From: Octopus vulgaris
Taxonomy: Eukaryota
Direction: 5' to 3'
NCBI GenBank assembly: GCA_951406725.2
Contig: OX597825.1
Coordinates: forward strand, 84,258,001-84,322,000
Length of the DNA: 64,000 nucleotides
Position numbers and translations under genes: made by a program. Numbering within the stretch: position 1 is the first letter of the stretch; each line of letters begins with the position of its first letter. The notes under the pieces were generated by a model. That model saw only the letters and a program-made list of their open reading frames with translations. It was not told the DNA's origin and did no database searches. This document shows positions 58,041-64,000 of the stretch, one piece after another.

Positions 58041-59342
58041 AATGTACAATAACTTCTTCAAATGAACATTATGCAATGAATTGTCATTATAGTCGTTTAC
58101 TTGTTTCAGTCATATGATTACGGCCAAGCTGGAGCACCGCTAGGTTATGGGGGCATAAACACACCAACATCGGTTGTCAACTGGGGGGGGGGCAAACATA
58201 CACACAAATACATATATATATGTATATATAAATGTGTATATATACATATATAATTGTGCGTGTGTGCGTGTGTGCGTGCGTGTGTGTGTGAAAAGAGCAA
58301 CAGACATTGAAAGCAATTGTATCCTATGTATTGATTTCCCGATACAACCCTATCCCCTCGCTGCCCACACACAGTATTTGGGTAATAATTCCGTTCTCTT
58401 GTTTCCCTGCAAAAAACAAAAAACATAACAAACCCCGTTTCTGACTCAGTTTTCTTGATGAAGATCTTTGAAGCTCTTCAAGTCTGAATGCGTCGAGTGA
58501 TTTAACGAGTCGAGTGAAACACCGTGGAACATTACGAAACCACAAGTTTAGCTTCGGACTACAGAGTAACATATTAATTCTGTAATTGCTGTTGATAAAC
58601 ATAGATATTTCCTTCGCGCTTGGCTGAGTCTTCTTTTTCCTTTCCGATTTGGCCAATCCCTCCTCAAACTTGAAGAGGAAAATAAGGATGACGCCATAAA
58701 AAAAAAAAAAAACGTATGTAGCATTTCCCTCCTGTTACTTCCCTAACAAAGTCTGGTCAGTTCCCTTATTGTATTCGACTTACTCACTTTCATATCTCCT
58801 TTTCTCTATCCTTTCTTCCTTCTCACTCAGCCACGCAATTTTTCCTTCTTTTTCCTTCACTCACCTACCCACTCTCTCTAATATATTCTCACTCTTTCCC
58901 CCTCCCCACGCAAACACATAATTTATTGGGTTTTTTTTCCCTTCTCTGTATAACTCTCGCCTATATTTACATCGTTACACATTTTACACATCGTTCCACA
59001 GGTACACATTCATAGCTACAGACACACACACAAACACACACACATACACACATGCACACGCACACACGCACCGATATACAGTCACACAGTAACACACACA
59101 CACGCACACACACACACACCTACTCCAACATTCAAAAACCGATATTTTAAAGACATACTTTTCTTTCTCTCCTTCTCTCTTTTTCCTGTCTGTCTTTCTT
59201 CCCCACTTCCTTTCTTCCCTCCTCCCTCTGTCTGTTAATGTCTGTGTCTCATTACAGACACTCAAACACACTGAAACATGCGTGCATGCGATATCACACT
59301 CGTATTCACACAAACACACTCAGATATTTTAATTTATAAATC

Positions 59343-59373
<31 letters not shown>

Positions 59374-59933
59374 GAGTTAATTACCTTTATATCATTAGGG
59401 ACAGAATCACAAACAACAACAGATACACACACACATATACGAACACACAGACAAATACACACATACACAGACACACACACACAAACACAGATAAACTGAT
59501 ACACACACAGACACACATACACTTACGTTCATCCTTCTATCCATCCATCCATCCATCCAGTCAGCCAGCCAGCCACACATGCTTACATAGTTACATGTAG
59601 AGACAGAGAGACAGACACGGGATCCGAGACCCTCTCCACTTGTGACAAACGTCATTCAACCATCTGCGGCGTAACCATCTTAGTTAAAGTTCTTTCCATA
59701 AAAAAAAATTTCAGCGCATCAGTTTTTCTTTCTCTTAAAAAACTATTTCGATCCGCCACACACCAGTAATGTTTATATAATCGATTTCTTGTGTAGGTCA
59801 CAAGAATTAGCACTCTTTCACCTTCTTTAATGAAATCAATTTGATTAGCGAAACTTTTTAAATTATGGATGCTCTGCCAACTACTAAAATGAAATAATTA
59901 ATAAATTAATTTTAAAAATTTAGTCAATGTAGC

Positions 59934-60082
59934 CGCAGGCGCGGCTGTGTGGTAAGAAACTTGCTTTCCAACGACAAGTTCCGTGTTCAGTCTTACTGCG
60001 GCAAATATCTTCTATTATAGCCACGGGTCGACCGAAGCCATGTGAGGATTTGGTAGACGCAAACTGAAAGAACCTCGTCGTG
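59934..60082 (+). mobile_element. SINE family C, 5' part
   Basis: gcaggcgcggctgtgtggtaagaaacttgc...gtgttcagtc...ggatttggtagacgcaaactgaaagaa. Confidence 0.85.
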
Positions 60083-60158
60083 TATGTATGTATGTATGTA
60101 TGTATGTATGTATGTATGTATGTATGTATGTATGTATGTATGTATTTATGTAAGTAAG

Positions 60159-60189
<31 letters not shown>

Positions 60190-60228
60190 GTAAGTAAGTA
60201 TGTACGTATGTATGTATGTATATATATA

Positions 60229-60271
<43 letters not shown>

Positions 60272-60360
60272 ATGACAACAAAAGAATGAAAGAGACCTCG
60301 ATATTATGTAAATAGAGGAATTTATCTATAATATAATATGTGACAATTAGTCGGTTGCCA

Positions 60361-60423
60361 TAATAAAGCTCTGAGTTTCGGATATCGGGGCGGAAGGCTA
60401 CCCCGGCATCTCGTCAGCTATTA
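60361..60423 (-). ncRNA. Hammerhead ribozyme motif with GC-rich stem II, next to (ATT)n
   Basis: Minus strand taatag-CTGACGA-GATGCCGGGG-tagccttccg-CCCCGATATC-c-GAAA-ctcagagct-ttatta; core and stems I/II present, cleavage triplet altered. Confidence 0.7.
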
Positions 60424-61160
60424 AGACTTTGGTCGGTCTGAAGCTATAGTATAAGACACTTGTCCAAGGTATCACGCAGTGGGGTTGAATGCGGAACCAT
60501 ATGGTTGAGAAGCAAACTTCTTGCCATATGTAAATGGATCTCCATCACGTTCGATAGTGAGTATTCATTTTTTCTATCAACTGAATTATCTGTCCTTGAA
60601 TTTACGCGGAATCGTGTATTTCGCGGACACGTGTACACTTAGTGTAAACTTCAGACGTAATCAGTATGGGAGATGGCTAGGCATTAGATCTTTAGATGGT
60701 CTTCTTTTCTGCTTACACTTTCACTCACAAATCGTGGGTCGACCTGCGGGTATAAGATGAAAAGAATACTCGCTTGGCCTTTATAGGAGTCAGCAGTATC
60801 GAAACTGAGACCTACTGAGTGCGAAGTGAACTTCTAAATCCTTTGACAAGATCCATTGTGTAATAATTGTCTGCATATCTGTGAGTTATATGGTGGTCAA
60901 TCTGCGGTACTGCACTCGAGGGTGGTGATTAAACTTTAGAACCTTACCCTATGTTATCTGGGTTATATTGTGCCCAACAGACCACCGCAGTTCAACAATG
61001 GTAATAACAACCTGAAAATTTTCCCCTGGAATTATACCATCTGTCTAACATAAAGCAAAAACATTAATTAAGTAATTTAGTTCTGCATGCTCCTTACGAG
61101 ATGGGGTTCTGTTGGTTGTGGTTACAGTTGGAATGGTTTTGATTATATTTCTAGTCTTAT

Positions 61161-61391
61161 GGCGGCGAGCTGGCAGAAACGTTAACACGCCGGGCGAAAT
61201 GCGTAGCCGTATTTCGTCTGTCGTTACGTTCCGAGTTCAAATTCCGCCGAGGTCGACTTTGCCTTTCATCCTTTCGGGGTCGATAAATTAAGTACCAGTT
61301 ACGCACTGGGGTTTATGTAATCGACTTAATCCGTGTGTCTGTCCTTGTTTGTCCCCTCTATGTTTAGCCCCTTGTGGGTAGTAAAGAAATA
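61161..61391 (+). mobile_element. SINE family A, long tail, with ~15-bp TSD
   Basis: Near-consensus copy; flanks tatatttctagtctt / tatatgtctagtctt. Confidence 0.93.
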
Positions 61392-62300
61392 TATATGTCT
61401 AGTCTTTCTGGGTTTACCAAAGGCTACACGTAAATATTTGTAGCAGTCAGCTGCAACATTGCCGTGTATATAAGGCGCTCGAAGGATTTGAAATCGTCAC
61501 TCTTGAAGTTAGGAACCTTAAACACTTTAACCACTACGTCCCAATAGCTAATCAGTTGTGTTGCCGGGATCGATTTGATTTGTATTGTAATATTCAAAGA
61601 AATGTGGAATAATCGATTGAACATGTTTTCTGATCACATGCACCGTTGATGTGTAACGGATCAGGTTTCAGAGTGACCGCTCACCTGACATGAAACCAAA
61701 TGAATCGGCATGACAACCTTCATAAATGATCTTCAACTCAGGTGGAAAATGAATCGTGATGGATTTTGAAAATGTCTGGAAAGAATGGCGATCAAACAGT
61801 AAAGCATGACAAAAAATAAACATAAATAAAATTATAAAACAAGCAAACAATGGAATATACGAATATGTCATATGTTCTCAGTCCAGTGAATGGGCAGAAT
61901 TTATTGTCTGCCAATCTAACTCTGATTGCTTTTCGAAAACTATTAAATATATTGAAGTACAAATTGAAAATGGCTACATGCAACTCAATGACAATTGTGA
62001 AATTCGCGTGGTCTCGTGGTTGGGGAGAGGAAATAAAGGTTTGAAATTGTGGTTTCGATTCCCAGGCAAGGCAGTTTGTTCTGTTCTTGAGCAAAGCATT
62101 TCATTTCACATTGCATCGATGCATTCGGCTGTAAATGTGTACGGAGAGTGGCTGGAGGAGTGGGTACCCTTCAACCCTAGGATCGCAAGTGTCCCCGTTC
62201 AGAGGGAAGAAATACAACACTGACGATGTGTCTAAGCGTTGCATCTGCACATCTGTATTGAACACCCTCACACACACATGCACACAAATACACACACACA

Positions 62301-62354
<54 letters not shown>

Positions 62355-62843
62355 TGTATGTCATTATTCAGTTTTATTTCTTGCCAATATAGAAAGAGTC
62401 GGTTTCTAACCCAGATCCACGACTCCTTCATTGGAATTACAACATCAACAGGGTATGTATGTATGTGTGTATGTATGTATACCAGCAGATTTGTATTTTT
62501 TTTTCTGTATGTCTTCTCAAGCGTATACTTGCATATAAAGATGTGTGTGACAGAGATAGAGACAACTTTTGTCTACACGATTCCACTCAAAAATCATTGG
62601 GAGGCTTTAGTCTCTGCTAGAATTCACTTTTTCAATTTGGACCGAGAAATGGGATCCAGCCGGGTTCCTCGTCAACTCCATTAGCACACAGGTATTTTAT
62701 TTGACGTCTTTCAACAAACAATCTCATCAATTTCCGTGTACTGATAAAGTACATGTGAGGGTTATGTTTTCTATTGTAAAGGTTATGATTTTCGTTTCTG
62801 TTCATTTAATATTTGAGTGGCACGAGAACGAGAAAAAGACAGA

Positions 62844-62889
<46 letters not shown>

Positions 62890-62974
62890 CGCTGATATAG
62901 AGAAAACGATGAAAGATACACACACATACACACATGCAAACACATATGTATGTATGCATGTATGTATGTATGTA

Positions 62975-63081
<107 letters not shown>

Positions 63082-63212
63082 GGGAGAAAGAGAAAACAGT
63101 TACATTGAGAGATTTCAGCTAGCGATAACCTTGTTAAGAGTGCCTTTTGCCAAAACAAATAAACGGAGGGAGAGACAGACTGATGATATATTATTATGAA
63201 TGAATAAGAAGC

Positions 63213-63322
63213 TAGATAGATTGATAAGTAGACAGACAGACAGAGAGACAGACAGATAGATAGATAGATTGATAGATAGCTTGATAGGTAGATTGATAGA
63301 TAGATTGAGAGACAGATACATT

Positions 63323-63383
<61 letters not shown>

Positions 63384-63454
63384 GCAGACAGTTAGATAGA
63401 TTGATAGATAGATATATTGATTGGTAGATTGATAGATAGATACATTGATAGATT

Positions 63455-63513
<59 letters not shown>

Positions 63514-63625
63514 CGATAGATAGATAGATTGATAGGTAGATTGATTGATAGATTGATAAATAGATACATTGATAGATAGATAGATAGATAGATAGATAGT
63601 TATATATATATATATATATATATAT

Positions 63626-63662
<37 letters not shown>
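63213..63662. repeat. (GATA)n compound microsatellite
   Basis: Direct reading. Confidence 0.96.
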
Positions 63663-64000
63663 CAGAAAGGCTATATCTGTTCCATCACTTTCTCTCTTTG
63701 CCCCTCTTCTTTTCAGTTATTTTATTCCTGGGAAGGAAAGACGTTTAGGAATATGGAAAGCGGAATGATGGAGTAATTAATGAGAATTGTAGAGAATAAA
63801 TCTCAGCCGAACACTATCCAAACGCCATATTGTTTACCCCTCCTATTTTTCATTATCCCTCTTTCACCCCCTCCTTCTTAACTTCCCTCTAACTTTCTTT
63901 CCCTTACTATGTCACTCTCTCTACCCCACTCCCTGCTATACCTCTCTTTCTTACACTCCCTCTCTCAAAATATCTTTATATCTCTCACATACGATCACCT

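Overview
AT-rich, microsatellite-saturated animal genomic DNA, not prokaryotic; the SINE families and repeat landscape suggest an octopus (inference). Nearly all ORFs in the supplied track are simple-repeat artefacts. The window lies inside a large minus-strand Cys-loop receptor gene of the nicotinic acetylcholine receptor type. Two exons missed by the ORF track are visible: a 45-nt exon at 53366-53410 (DEKNQVLVTNVWLDQ) and a 110-nt exon at 21230-21339 (AWEDDFLMWDPIDFHNITALRIPCYKLWLPDMVLYN), joined in phase across a ~32-kb intron. The rest is intronic. It holds (AAT)n-embedded R4/Dong-like LINE remnants, a non-tRNA ~555-bp element that also sits in (AAT)n, several tRNA-derived SINE families, RTE, Tx1-like, CR1-like, mariner and Tc1 remnants, MITEs and long palindromes. 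There are also about nine minimal hammerhead-ribozyme motifs of the Penelope type, mostly in short cassettes next to (TA)n or (ATT)n; two of them form a ~360-bp hairpin ~70 nt after the 110-nt exon donor. All calls were made by eye without alignment or folding tools, so element boundaries are approximate.
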